From the NCBI RefSeq assembly GCF_009914755.1, contig NC_060935.1: a stretch of 64,000 nt of DNA. One strand, written 5' to 3'. A model generated the notes under the pieces. The model saw nothing but the letters and a program-made list of their open reading frames with translations, was not told where the DNA came from and did no database searches. Source of the DNA: the human T2T-CHM13v2.0 reference genome, Homo sapiens. Shown here in pieces: positions 30,790 through 47,600 of this stretch (positions are counted from its first letter, which is position 1; each line of letters starts with the position of its first letter). The translations under genes were made by a program, and so were the position numbers.

Positions 30790-31393
30790 ATATAGCATTT
30801 ATACCACTATATGGAATATTTTTCTCGCTTCTGCATATTTTTTATTACTAGCATATTTATGGCTTAAAGTCCTCAGATTGAAGGTGATACTTATGTGTGA
30901 GTAATTTAAAGCAGTTGACATACAAAATGTAAGTGAAACCAGAATGGGTTACATTTTGAGTAAAGAAACATCTGCAGTTTGCTGCAGTCCACCAGAAGGA
31001 AATTGGATCATGTATCAGCTATGCGATTGAATAAGACTTTCATCTTTTAAAGAATTTTTCCTGCCTAAAATCTGCATCCATCTGTTATCCTGAAATGAAG
31101 CCTGTGATATACACACTGTGACATGGAGTTTGGGAAGCCCCAGAATATTCTTCTATTGCACTTGGGAATTCAGCGGGGTCGGGGGGGCATCTGCTGAACT
31201 TAACTGGAAATCAGGAACAACTATTTTCAAAGCACATTCAGGCTCACACTTTGAGATTACTCCTTTTTCTTAATGTGGACAGCTTAAGTCAGCTCTTGCA
31301 TATTTCTTTTGGGGTTCTAAATTATTAAGTTTATTTTTGAGTTACAAATCATGTTATCTTTTATATATTATAACATTGTATTTTTTCAATGAA

Positions 31394-32006
<613 letters not shown>

Positions 32007-32362
32007 GAGTTTCTTATTAGAAGAAAATCTCGTAGGGTGCCTTTTGGCTTCAGGCTCTTTATGGCCACTTGTTCTGTTCAACCCTGTGGTGCCACACCCC
32101 CTCAGATCATACTTGTGTGCACATGCATGTGTGCATTAACATCCTAGAGTTTTCAAAGCTATGGTCTCTGTCCCTTTATATTTAGTACTTTGCCATGTAC
32201 ACATTTGTTTTAGGTAACTATTGAATAAATGGTTATGTTGAGTTTGTGAAGATTTAACACTGTGATATTCCAGAGCTTAGGACTGGTGATCAGTTGCCAA
32301 ATTGAAATAACACTTTGGTCATTATTTTATGGGACTGTTGTATATTTGACTCTGTTGGCTGA

Positions 32363-32848
<486 letters not shown>

Positions 32849-34559
32849 TGATGAATATTTATCCACAACCAAATGGTTATTATCTATGCAATAAACAAGG
32901 GGAAAGAAAGGTCAGGAAGCCAATAGGTAACTGGGCACTACACACAGGACAGTTGATTAGTTAAAAGATGAAAACAGCTGTTAGCCTATGAGAAGATAAT
33001 CACCTTTACCAGGAGTCAAAGAAATGCAAATGAATATGAGAGTAAGGTAAATTGTTTAAATCTAATTAATTAGCTAAAAGATGTAAAAATAATATCTTTG
33101 GCTAATTAAAGGTGTACTGAGACTCTAACTTTCGTTATGCTCCCTATGGCATTGTAAATTAGTAATATGTTTCAAGAACATTAAAGGGTTTGTACCCACT
33201 GATTTCGTGATCTCAATTATGATACTCTTTCTACAGCAGGTAATATTGATTGCCTACCCAGCTCCCTTGCCTTTTCTTCCTTTCTAAAGGAACCTTGAGT
33301 TTTTTCGGGAACACACCTCTACCCAGGTTGGGGGTAAGTACTAATTAGTTGAGTCACACAGCACCCCTTTGAGTTCGCTGCAGTATTGCATGCAGTTTGG
33401 GAACTGTGCTTTTAACCTGTATAAATAATTAGAATTTACTTATAATAGAAAATAATTAGAAATGACTTAAGTGATTGCTAATAAAGTTTACCAAATTAGT
33501 TATCTAGACAATTAAATATAACTCTTCTGATATAAATCTAAGAGAAAAGCGAAGTACAGAATTGTTACATGCTACTGTTATTATATGAAAAAAATTGCCT
33601 GTGAAAAAAATTAGTAAAATATAGCAGAAAGAAATGCGGTGTGCAAAATGTATCAGGGTGGTGATATTAAAGATATTTTTCTTCCTCCCCCCTTCTCCCC
33701 CCAGAAGTGGGATAAGGGAAGTTAATGAGAACTGAGTGGCAGGTGGTGGGAGGGAGGGACCTCCTGGTTGTCCTTCTATCTGAGCTTTGCAGGTGTAATT
33801 CTCCAGAGTGCACGTGGGTTTTCAGTATGCATGTGCGTGTGTTTGTGTGAGGGTGAGGGAAGGAGTTAATGAGTTCTGAAGCTCCCGCCAGTTACTGAGA
33901 ATTGATCAGGTAGAAGCTGGAATAGATACAGTCTTTTTAAAGTCTTTACTCTTTAACTACATTTTTTTTCAATCCATGAACAGTACTCTGTAAATAATTT
34001 GCTAGCAACTTCCTTAGTTTTTAGTCTTCACAACCTTTCTCTACCTGCCTTCCTACCTCCAATGTCTGGCTATTTAATTTGCTTTCTCTCCTTTTATCCA
34101 ATTATCTTTGAGCAGTGCCTCTTTTCATTCCTTTAGAAATGACATATCGAAAATATCATAAAATATACATATCCAAGTCTGGGTTGTCTTACTTGGTTGT
34201 GGTAAGCACGTGGTTTTTGTGGACAAATTAATTATACCAGGTGTTCCCATTAAGACATAACTAGTATTAACAACCATAAGTGTTCTCCTGGAAAACAGAT
34301 TTAGGTTTTAAGATTATTGAGAATACATTTCTGGCACAGGTTTAAGTAGAGAACCTATAGTGAGTTTAATATCTTTTGTAATGTTTTATATACTATTAGA
34401 AACAAATCTCATTCCTGTGACAGTCCCTCATAGGAAAATATGTCCTTATTGTCTTTGAAGTCACAGATATTGAGGCAGATGGGTCAAAGTTGAAAGGAGA
34501 AAATTTGAGACTTGGAAATCATGAAACAAACTGCTACAGTCTTGTAAGATCTGCCATTG

Positions 34560-34710
34560 ATTAGACCAACCTGGGAATGGATCCGCTGATCCTCTGTACA
34601 ACCTACAACCTTGGGCAAGTTCTTAGCGCTCTCTGAGGCTGTTTCCTCTATTTTAAATATGGGATAACTATCTTTGCCACACAGGTTTATTGTGATAATT
34701 AAATTAATTC
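34560..34710 (+). mobile_element. MIR
   Basis: accttgggcaagttcttagcgctctctgag...tttcctcta. Confidence 0.65.
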
Positions 34711-35555
34711 ATTTTTCAGCTAATTATTAGTCACCTAATGTGGATTAAGCATCATGCTAGGGAGGGACATACTTAAGCTAAAATAAATGACCGAGTAAAA
34801 AAAATAATTTGGTTTCTCTTTAATTTCTGCTAAAAAATACATGGAAATTTTAAGGTATTTACCCAAAAGGAATTTGGTATAATAAAACATTGTTATTGGC
34901 TATCCTTTAGAGATTTCTTTAGGGGATCTGCAGAAATTTGTTTTTTTGGAATTATTACTCTTATGTGGCCTGCTGTATTCATTGCCTTCTCGGATCAAGC
35001 TTATATTTGAGCAAATTCGTTGCATTTTGTTTACTTTGGTGATCCATATGTTTGTATTTCTAATGTGGATTGAATTTTACTGTATTTATCAGTCATCCTT
35101 TCTTACAAAATTGTTATGCCACAATCATCTCTTCTGTTCTTTTGCTGAATTAAAAAGAAAAAAAATAATTTAAGGCAAGAATTTTGGCCACTGGGCTCTG
35201 TCTGGCCACTCTGAATAGGTATGGTTTTGTAATATGGTATCAGTATCCTGCAGTTTCTGTTATTTAAATCATGAGTAAACCGTAATGGGCAGAATGATGC
35301 AAAAATTTCTGAAATCCTGTTTTTGTGAAAATCTTTTTAGCAGAGCTTTTATATGATCTAAAGACTATGAAATGATTTGTTTAAAGAGGACTAAAATGTA
35401 TTTACCTGTCAAGTCAATTCTTAAATGTTGCAATGTGAAAAGGTTATTGTTAATGACATTTCATATTCCTAATTCTACTAAACTTTATAAAAACATTTCA
35501 AAGGGCTAACAGGGAATTGAATTTTAGGTTCACTTACATGTAAAACATAAAAATT

Positions 35556-35582
35556 TGTGTGTGTGTGTGTGTGTGTGTGTGT
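35556..35582. repeat. (TG)n microsatellite
   Basis: About 13 TG units. Confidence 0.95.
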
Positions 35583-35908
35583 ATTTGAGATACTTCAGTG
35601 CTGTTGGAAGCAGCCATTCCCACTAACCCTAACTTCCAGAGCTGATGGGATGCCTCATCTTTCTTCTACAACCAATGGGAAAGGACTTCCGAAATTCCAG
35701 TGTGAAAAGAATTTTGTTGAGCACATGTGACAGCCAGCCCTCTAACATCTCGGGATAGTTTTTAGTTCTTGGACCTGATGGAGAGGTAGTAGACATCAGT
35801 TAGCATAGAGATATCTGGCTAGGCTTTTCAGATTCTTTTTGGTCAGGCTTTTCAAATTCTCTTTCATCAGGTTAAACTACAACAGATAGACCTAAAGAAT
35901 TCTTATTT

Positions 35909-36231
35909 AGCCAGGCACAGTGGTAACGCCTATAATCCCAGCACTTTTGGAGGCTGAAGTGAGTGGATCATTTCAGCCTAGGAGTTCGAGAGCCGAGGAG
36001 TTCAAGACCAGCCTGGGCAGCATGGCGAAACCCTCTCTCTACAAAAACAATACAAAAATTAGCTGGGCATAGTGGTGCACACCTGTAGACACAACTACTC
36101 AGGAGCCTGAGGTGGGAGGATCACCTGAGCCTGAGAAAGTCAAGGCTGCAGTGAGCTGTGATTGCACCACTTCACCGCAGGCTGGGCGATGCAGTGAAAC
36201 CCTATCTCAAAAAAAAAAAAAAAAAAAAAAA
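35909..36231 (+). mobile_element. Alu (AluJ-like)
   Basis: Sense dimer with duplicated aggagttc B-box segment. Confidence 0.9.
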
Positions 36232-36340
36232 GCTTATTTAAACCAGGTTTACTTTGTATCTCAAATTAATTATACCCTTGTGTAGTTTTTTAGCTTTTGT
36301 CTGCAGTTGGGGAACAAGGGTAACTTTCTGTCCTTAAATA

Positions 36341-36954
36341 TGTAGGGCTGGGAGAAAACTTAAAACTTGGTGGAAGAAGTATTCTGCCTTTGAGGGAGAT
36401 CTCCCTACGCATTCATTTCCTGTTCAAGTTAACTTCTTAGGAACTATCCAGAACAGCCCAGACTTTGTCCTTGTCCTTTGTAGAACAGGATGTCCTGCAA
36501 TGGTTTAACCCAGTGAATCTAGTATCCCCTGGAGTATAAAACCTAGAGTGGAATAGTTTCAGCTGCAGTTTGATGTGGGGCATGCACAGAAAAGACTTCA
36601 TTTCTCCCAGGCAGCTTTCCTGACACTTGGGGACTGGCTTGCCATGGATTTTAGGCTTCTCTTGCTTCTTGTTGCCTGTCTGTGAGTAATAAAGTTGCTT
36701 TGCTTAACTTGATGTGACAGTGTTCTGTCTCACAAGACTCATCCTTGGCGTATGTGCAAAACTGAGCTTGTGTAAAAACCTCCTGTCAGTGATAGACTTT
36801 AGTAGACATTCATGAGGGCTTTAGAGTCCTCCTCTGAGAGTGATACTGGTGCATAGTATTGGCGAGGTATTTAGAATCCTCCTCTGAGATTGATATTGGT
36901 GTGTGGTAATCCCCTCTCAGGGATTGATACTGGTGCACTGTATTCTACTTCACA
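36341..36954 (+). mobile_element. Solo ERVL LTR (LTR41-like)
   Basis: TG...CA ends; TATAAAA at 36535; AATAAA at 36688; ggcagctttcctgacacttggggactggcttgccatgg resembles LTR41. Confidence 0.65.
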
Positions 36955-38029
36955 TTAGGGGCCTTATAAAAGAGTGAGGAAGCAATGATTTATATTCTTA
37001 GGAAGCTTACAACGAAACATAATACAGATATGTGAAAAGAACTAACGTGGATGGTTTCAGATGGTTGAGAAGTCATTGGAGGAACTGCAGTCAGCGTGTC
37101 TTCGAGGGAGATATCTACTGATGGGATTGGTGTAGGAAGACAGTCTGGCAGTACAGGGCAGCAGGGACAGCACTGAAGCAGAAATGAATAATCTTCATAA
37201 CAGGGCTGACAAATTGGTATATTTTTAAAATGATAGCAGTTAACAAATGAGAAACGAGGGGAGACCTGGGAAACACGTACTGTTAGTTTTGAAAGTTAGC
37301 CTAAACTATCCCGTAAGCTTCATGGGGACTTTTGCCTATCCTATATTTGATTCACTGTGGTTTCTGCCCCTTGAATTGTGCTGGGTCCTTGGGGGTGCAG
37401 AATCATCATGTGTTGAGTACAGGCCATGACAGCAATGCAGCACATACCACTGCACATTTTAAGACCTGCTTGTGGTTCACTGTGAAGGACGTTTTTAAGC
37501 TTAGATAATTGAAACACCAGAATTTAATTATAAGTTAAAACCAAAAAACAAAACAACCAGTGGATTCCGTGTCAAACAAATGCTGTTGGTAATTAATGAA
37601 GATAATGAAATTGAGTACTTCAGAAAACGAACCAATAGTTTTCTAGTTAGTAAATTTACTGATTGTCAATTTCTGAAGCATCAGTTCTTTCTCTGGACTC
37701 ACTTGTATGTTTATTGTGTGAAATACAACTGTATTTTTGTGGTTTTTATATCGTATAGGGTAAAAGCATGTTTCTTAGGAGGACGACAGTATTATTAGAA
37801 AATGACTTGAATTTCACCGTAAAAATATGCTAAAAATATAAATTTCAGTAGTTTTATTTTGTTGGTAGGCAAGTCTGCAAAAAAGAAATTAATTAAAAAT
37901 ATTTTTTTGTAGGATAAGTCTTGTGAGAGATTTTAGGAAGGATAGGAACCTCTGACCCCCTTTAAATTAAAAACTATCTTTAGGTTATTTGGAGAATGAA
38001 TGCATTGGGTGGAGCAAAAATAAATAATA

Positions 38030-38310
38030 AATAAGCAAAGACCTTGGGTATCAATTCAGAGCCCCTTGACTGAAGGAGGGCCAGAGAGGAAAATTCCAGG
38101 ATGAGCTCTTGAGATACTTAAAGCTACAGAATTAAGTATTCATAGGGGATTTCAACAGCTTAGACATCTGTTGAATAACACACATCACTAAACATTTATC
38201 ATCTGAGGATGGCTCTGGTTACGTAGAGGATAAATTCAAAAAAGGAAACCACGGAGAAGCAGTCTTGGTTTTGTTTCATGCAAGAAGGGAAGGAGTGATA
38301 ATTCAAACTT
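38030..38310 (+). mobile_element. Ancient CR1/L3 LINE ORF2 endonuclease fragment
   Basis: One frame from 38136 reads VFIGDFNSLDIC*ITHITKHLSSEDGSGYVEDKFKKGNHGEAVLVLFHARREGVI, resembling CR1 motifs GDFNxPDICW, VEDNF and RGEALLDLLLTNRE. Confidence 0.7.
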
Positions 38311-38464
38311 GATGTGGATTTAGTATTTACTCTGCATGAACTGGCCTGAGTATTCTGTCCTGGCACTCAGGTTCTCTCACGTAGGATATTATATATTCAA
38401 ATGTTCCAGTGGTTTTCAAACAGTGGTTTGTGACCCTAGAGGGTTGGTGAAATCAGTGTAGTAA

Positions 38465-39123
<659 letters not shown>

Positions 39124-42100
39124 TTAAAGGCAAATGCTGTTTAATGAAACTTGTTTCTGTTTTATAAGTACACATGCATGAGGATACAATATCAGATTTG
39201 AAAATGTAGTTATTACTGCGAGTCATGGTCAAAATAAAAAATTGAGGTACATTATCTTATGAGTTCAGGTGTGTGTCTCTAGCATGTATATAGTGAAGCC
39301 TGATTCACTTTTTATTCCAAAGGTATGTGGGACAGATCACTTGGAGAAGAGAGATGGTTTGGAGGTCACAGTGTTTGTGGCATGAGACACATTTTATAGG
39401 TCTTATGAGGCCCTTCAAGGTAGAACTTGGCCAGCCCCATTGTGAATAGCTCTTGAAGGTGGTCATAGCCACTGGATCTAGCATCTGATACTAAGGTCAA
39501 GAAAGAATTTATTTAGTTCATGAAAGCAGATATTTTCTGTGCAAATGCATGCCTTTGACATAAACCATGTCTTTTAATTTTGTTCTATTAAGAATATTTC
39601 AGACTTTTGGAGGAGTATAGCTTGGTTGTCAGAAAAAAGGAAGATTTACTCAGATAAACAAATTTGAAACAGCAAAATGCCAACCTGCAAAGTTTGAAGA
39701 TAAATAAATTGGACAAGGACTCAAACACACCACGAATAGAAAAATTAAAGTTACATATAGGTAGGGAAATGGATTTCAAATGGTAAAATAAAAGTGTATT
39801 TCTGAACAAGAATTTAATTAAACTGGAATCATCTACCATGTGGTGCATAGTAATTTTTTACTAATTCTCACAGAGTAAATTCTCACTTAGACTAATTTCT
39901 CACATAGTAATTTCTCCCTTCATGTATATTAAATGCACAGATTACTAAAAAAGTGAATCCTATATTGAGTAAATTATCATGTAAATTAGTTTCTTGTTTA
40001 TGTAATGGTTCAGTACTTTATTTAACGTGACTTATTTAAATATGTATTGCATTTGATAGATTTCATATTATTTTATTCAAGCTTTAAAGTATTCTCTAAT
40101 GAATGGTATTTGTGATGGAGAAAGGAAGAGAAGGTTGTGATGCTTCACTATACCTCATGATTTATGTACCTTATTGAATACAATTCCTTAATAGATTGGA
40201 AGAACCAATCATCCTTCAAAGAAAATAGATTACTGGGAAAATATTGGAAAGAACATTGGACTAATTGAAAAACTTAGAATAAGAGCATTTAGTGGTAGAT
40301 AAATTTAAAAATGTCAGGCACAGCTAAACGAATTCACATTTCTTGCTTCCTAATTCTTCATTCACCACTAGATACTGTCTTTTTCTTTTTGCTGAAATAT
40401 TGGCCAGTCAAATAATAGGAGAAAACAACTGAATATTAATTGATAACTTTCAAGTTAGGTGAGGATTTTACTGCAGATTAAGACTGTAACAGGAGGATGT
40501 ATCTACTTTGAGCTCTGTTGGAAGTTTTGGCCATGATAATTATTTAACATCAGTCTCCATGGCAGCAAGGGGAAAAGCTCTAGGCAAACAAACAGATGGA
40601 TTCAGAGGACCTTAAGTGATCAAGTCCGGTAGGAGCCAGCAGCTGGCCTTCTGTGGGCTACTTATTAGCATTTTCCTTAGCTTGTTGTCTGCCTGCACTC
40701 GGCAGCAAGCTGGAGGTCAGATTTGTGATGCAAACACATTTGCATCCAGGTTCTGGTATCTACTCACTAACTCACAGGTGACCTCACCCATATCTCTGCC
40801 TCTCTCTTTCCTTTTTTTCTTTTATTGTGTGTGTGTGTGTTGTGTGTGCAGGTTCAAAATGACAGGTGGTAAAATGATTAGCAAAAGGATACTCTTGGCT
40901 ATACCGGCTCTTCCTGTCTTTCAGATATTGCACATCCTGAGCCTGTTGTTTTACATGGAAGAAAAATGAAGCCCCTTCACACATTCATAGAGAAGTGTGC
41001 TTGAAAAGAGAGAAGAAGCAGCAGAGAGTGCTTAGCAGCAAGGCTATTTACTACTTCTGTATCCTAGGCAGTTTTCCAGGCTGTAGTTTCACCCCCAACC
41101 TTGCCTCCCCTGCTGAATGTGGCTGGTGCCAAATTCCTGCTATTGGCTGAGTCATCATGTCCTAGTTGATCTGGCACCGTAGTCAACATTTGTAGCTTTT
41201 ACCATTGTTGCTTTGGAGCTAGATCACTAGGTTAGATTATAGGCTAGATAATTAGGTTTTCCTAAATAGAGAATCTGCTGGTGCTGAAACTTGCCCCAGA
41301 AGGCACACCGTGGTGGTTATTCACGTAGATGGCCTGGTGTATGTGAGATGGGAAAATCCAGTAAGTCACTCCTTAATTCAATTCAGCAGCCTTTTACTGA
41401 TTGCCCAGAAACTGGATGATCTGGCAGAATTAAATGGATTATTTTGTTTAAAACCTAAAGCAAAAAGTTTAAGGTGGGATTCCATATGTAAGTTCTTCCT
41501 ATGAATGATTGTTGATAATGTTGGAAAAAAATGGGAAAAGAATTCATACAAATGACTGCCCTGATGGTGGGAATATAATTATTTCTGTCCTATTTTCCAA
41601 ACTTTCTCTAATGTTTCAGTACTGTTTATACAATAATAATATTTAATAATAACAACTGGTTTTGTTCTCATGGGGGAAAAAGGCCCAAGATAAAAAAGTC
41701 CAGTCATATAAAAGTGAAAATATGGCTAGATTCAGTGTCTTCAAGAGTATTTTGAAAACGAAAACACCACAACAAAAAACCCCAAGAACTTAAAATGAGG
41801 ATATTTAACGTTAATTGTATATGACTGTATTGGTTGAGATAACCTTTTTTTTTGAGAGCCTAACATTGACATGTAATATTCATTGAACACATATTGCTTT
41901 TAAAAGTTTAAAATATACATATATACATGGTCCTTATTAGGCTTTTATTTTCTTAAAAAATTTAACTGTTTTTACCATGAACATTTTCAAACGTACTCAA
42001 AAATGAATATTAAAAAGAACTACCATATACTTCTCACTGAGGTTTAAAAATAGAATAATATGGTGAACTTCCATTTACTTATTTAGATTCTATAGTTATA

Positions 42101-42554
42101 CAGAATTTTTTTAAGTTTTTTTTTTTAACTGAGCAGATAATACAGAATTACAATATTACCCACCTCTTCCCTGCCCCCATACACATATGAAGTCAAGTTT
42201 CCCCTATTAACATCTCGCATTAGTGTGGTACATTTGTTAAAATAAATGAACCAATATTGATACATTATTCTTAACTAAAGTCAAGAGATTACACTGAGGT
42301 TCACTCTGTGTTCTACAACTGGATGGGTTTTGGCAAATGCACAATGTCATGTATCTACCTTTGCAGTCCCATGTAGAATAGTTTTATAACCCTTCAATTC
42401 CCTTGTTCTTCTCCTAACAACTCTCCCGTGCTTTTCTCACCTAACCCAGGGCAACCACTGATATTTTGTTTTGTTTTAAACTGCTTCTATCGTTTTGCCT
42501 TTCCCAGAATGTCACACAGTTGGAATCATGCAATGTATAGCCCTTTCATACTGA

Positions 42555-43045
<491 letters not shown>

Positions 43046-43553
43046 TGAATAAAGCTGTTATAAAAATCTGTGAGCAGATTTTGTTTGGACATAATGTTTT
43101 CAACTCATTTTGGTTAGTACTGAGGAGTATGGTTGCTGGACCATATTATAAGAGTATGTTTAGCTTTGTAAGAAACTGCCAAACTTTTCCAAAGTGGCTG
43201 TACCATTTTGCATTTCCATAAGCAATGAGTAAGAGTTCCTGTTGCTGTATATCCTTGCCAGTATATGGTGCTGTCAGTGTTTTGGATTTTAGTGCTTCTA
43301 ATGGGTAAATAGTAGTATTTCATAGTTGCTTTATTTGCACCTTCCTAATGACATATAACATTGAGCATCTTTACATACGCTGTTTTGCCATCCTTATGTA
43401 TTCTTTGGTGAGTTGTCTGTTCAGATCTTTTGCCTTTTTTATATCTGGGTTGTTGTTTTTCTTATTCTTGAATGTTACTAGTCCTTTGTATATTTTGGAT
43501 ATAAGTCCTTCATCAGATATGTGTTTTGCAAAGTTTTAAAAAAAATTTATTAC

Positions 43554-43842
<289 letters not shown>

Positions 43843-46283
43843 AAATTTTATTGTGTGTATTTAACGTTTACATCATATGTTTTGCAAAGCTTTACTTCCA
43901 GTCTACAGCTTTTTATTCTCCCAACAGTTTCTTTCACAGAACAGACATTTTCAATGTTAATGAAGTCCAACTTACCAGTTTTTTCTTTGGATCATACTTT
44001 TGGTGTTATATCTAACTTTGGGTTTGCCAAACCAAAGTTTTCTAGATTTTATAATAATACTAGGTTATCTTGTTAGGAGTATTATGGTTTTGTGTTTACA
44101 TTTAGATCGGTGATCCATTTCGAGTTCACTTTTGTAAAGGGTGTGAAGTCTATATCTAGATTTATTATTTTGCTTGTGGATGTCGTGTTGTTCCAGCATC
44201 ATTTGTTTAAAAGACTGTCTTTGCATTATTATATTTTATTTGCTCCTTTGTCGAAGATCAGTTATGGGTCTATTTCTGGGCTATTTTATTCTGTTGGTCT
44301 ATTTTTCTATTCTTTTACCAATATCACACAATCTTGAGTACTTTAGATTTATGGTGAGTCTTGAAGTCAGGTGATGCCCGTCCTCTGACTTTATTCTTCT
44401 TCAATACTGTTGCTTACTCTGCATCCTTCGCCTTTCAGTAAACTCCAGAATCAGCTTTGTTGATATTTATAAAACTGCTTGCTGGGATTTTGATTGGGAT
44501 TGCATTCAATCTATAGATCAAGTTGGGAAGAACTGACACCTTGACAACATTAAGTCTTCCTATCTAGAAACATAGAATATCTCTCCATTTATTTAAATCT
44601 TTAAAAATTTTCTTTCATCAGAGGTTTCCTCATATAGATCTTAGATATATTTTGTTAGATTTAAACCTAAGTATTTCTTTTTTTTTCTTTATGGTGAAAT
44701 GTAAATGATGTTGAGTTTTAAATTTCAAATTCCACCTTTTCATTTCTGATATAGGAAAGACATTGACTTTTATATATTAGCTTTGTATCCTGAAACCTTG
44801 CTGTTAGTTCCAGGAATATTTTTGTTGATTCTTTAGGATCTTCAACATGTACAGTCTTGTCATCTGTAAACAAAAACTTTTTTTTTCTTCACAATTTGTA
44901 TTTCTTTATATCCTTTTCTTGTTTATATTAGCTAGGATTTTTAGTATGATGCTGGATTTGAGTGGTGAGAGGGATATCATTGTCTTGTTCCCAATCTTAT
45001 GGAGAAAGCATCTAGTTTCTCACTATTCAATATGACATTAGCTGTAGGTTTTTGGTAGATCATCTTTATCAAATTGAGGAACTTCCTGTCAGTCTTCCTA
45101 ATTTGCTGAGAGTTTTTATTATGAATTGGTGTTGGATTTTGTTAAATGTTTTTCAAACTCTTTTAACTTTTTAATTTTAATTGACAATGAAACTTGTATA
45201 TATTTATCTCAAATGCTCTTTCTGCATTTATTGATATGATCTTAAGATTTTTCTTCTTTAGCTTGTTGATATTATGGGCTACATTAATTGATTTTAGAAT
45301 GTTCTGTCAGCCTTGCATACCTATAATAAATCTCACTTGGTGGGGGGTAATTTTTTAAACAGTTCTTAGATTCGATTTGCTAGTATTTTGTTGAGGAGTT
45401 TTATTTCTATGTTCGTGGGAGATATTGGTCTGTAGTTTTCCCTTTTTGTCATGTCTTTATCTGGTTTCGTTGTTAGGGTAATACTGTTCTCATAGAATGA
45501 GTTAGCAAGCATTATTTTTACTTCTATTTCTGTAAGAACTCGTGGAGAATTGGTTTAATTTTTTCTTTAAATGTTTGGTAGAATTCCCAGTGAGACTGTA
45601 TGCACCTAGTGCTTTCTTTTTCGGGAGGTTTTTAGTTATTATTATTATTTTTAAAGATAAAGATGTATTCAGATTATCTACTTGGGTGAATTTTGAAAGT
45701 TTGTATCTTTCAAGGTATTGGTTCAGTTTCATCTAAGTTTTCATATTGTAGGCATAGAGTTGTTTATAGTATTTCTTTATTATCATTTCAGTACCCAGGG
45801 GGATTAGTAGTGATAACCCTGATTTCATTTCCGATATTTGGGTCTTCACTATTTTTTTTTCTTGGTTAGCCTAGCTAGAGGTTTATTAATTTTATCAATC
45901 TTTTCAAGGAACCAGCTTTTGGTTTCATTGATTTTTTTTTCCTCTGTTAATTTTCCATTTTCAATTTTATTGGTTTGTGCCCTACTTTTTATTTCTTTTT
46001 TTTATTTTTTTGCTGCTTGCTTTAGCATTATATTGCTCTTCTTTCTCTAGTTTCTTAAGGCAGAAGCTTAATTAATGCTTTTAGACCTTTCTGCTTTTCT
46101 ACTATATGCATTTATTGCTAAATAGTTCCCTCTAAACACTGCTTTTGTTACACCCCAAAATTTTTATAAGTTTTATTTTTATTTAGCTCAAAATATTTTT
46201 AAATTTCTTTGGAGATTTCTACGACCTGTATGTCCTTTTGAAGTAAGTTATTTAATCTCCTGGTGTTTTTGGATTTTATATAA

Positions 46284-46626
<343 letters not shown>

Positions 46627-46668
46627 GTGACCAAAATCTTGGTGAATTATTCATGACTTAAGAATTAC

Positions 46669-47259
46669 GGCTAGGCATGGAGAATCACGCCTGTAATTCC
46701 AGCACTTTTCGGAGCTGAGGCAGGAGGATCATTTGAGGCCAAGAGTTTGAGCGGGCAACTGTCTCTACCAAAAATTTAAAAAAACAAAAATAATAATAAA
46801 AAAAAGCCAGGTGGCCGGGCGCAGTGGCTCACGCCTGGAATCGCAGCACTTTGGGAGGCCGATGTGGGCGGATCACGAAGTCAGGAGATCGAGACCATCC
46901 TGGCTAACACAGTGAAACCCCCTCTGTAAAAATACCAAAAAATTAGCCGGGCATGGTGGCGGGCGCCTGTAGTTCCAGCTACTCAGGAGGCTGTGGCAGG
47001 AGAATGGCGCGAACCCGGGAGGCGGAGCTTGCAATGAGCCGAGATCGCGCCACTGATCTCCAGCCTGGGGGACAGAGCGAGACTCCGTCTCAAAAAAAAA
47101 AAAAAAAAAAAGCCAGGCATGGTGGTGCGTACCTGTAGTCCCAGCTACTTGGAAGGCTGAGCTGGGAGGAGCACTTCAGCCTTGAAGTTCAAGGTTGCAG
47201 TGAGCTGTGATTGCACCTGGGAGAAAGACCTTGTCTCTCTAAAAAAAAAAAAAAAAAAA
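46669..47259 (+). mobile_element. AluJ-like element split at its linker by an AluY
   Basis: Left arm 46669-46812; right arm 47111-47259. Confidence 0.85.
46813..47110 (+). mobile_element. AluY-like, nested
   Basis: gagatcgagaccatcctggctaaca; TSD aaaaagccagg. Confidence 0.93.
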
Positions 47260-47429
47260 GTTACTAGAACAGAGAATTAACTGCAGGCAGAGTTAAGAAA
47301 TGAAAATAAAAGGTTGTAATGTTATATTACATTAAAGTGATGTACTCTGGACAAAAGAAGAGATGTAACGAGCAAGCTTTCGGATTCTGCCCTTTTCAGA
47401 AAGTAATCCCCAAGTCTAAAGCAAGGGAG

Positions 47430-47600
47430 TTGGAATACAGCTGATGTAAATTTGAATCCTGGCTCTATTTTGTATTACATGTGGAGATACTGGTGGTGCT
47501 GATGGGTTAGGATAATTGAGATAATGGAAGTAAAGTAATTAACTCAGCGTCTGTCACATAGTAAGTACCCATTAAATGGTTGCTATTGTTCAATAATGGT
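47430..47600 (+). mobile_element. MIR fragment
   Basis: tttgaatcctggctct...gagataatggaagtaaagt...cacatagtaagtaccca. Confidence 0.55.

Noticed and set aside
35620-35634. Telomere-like ctaaccctaac
   Set aside because: Fewer than two full units; chance
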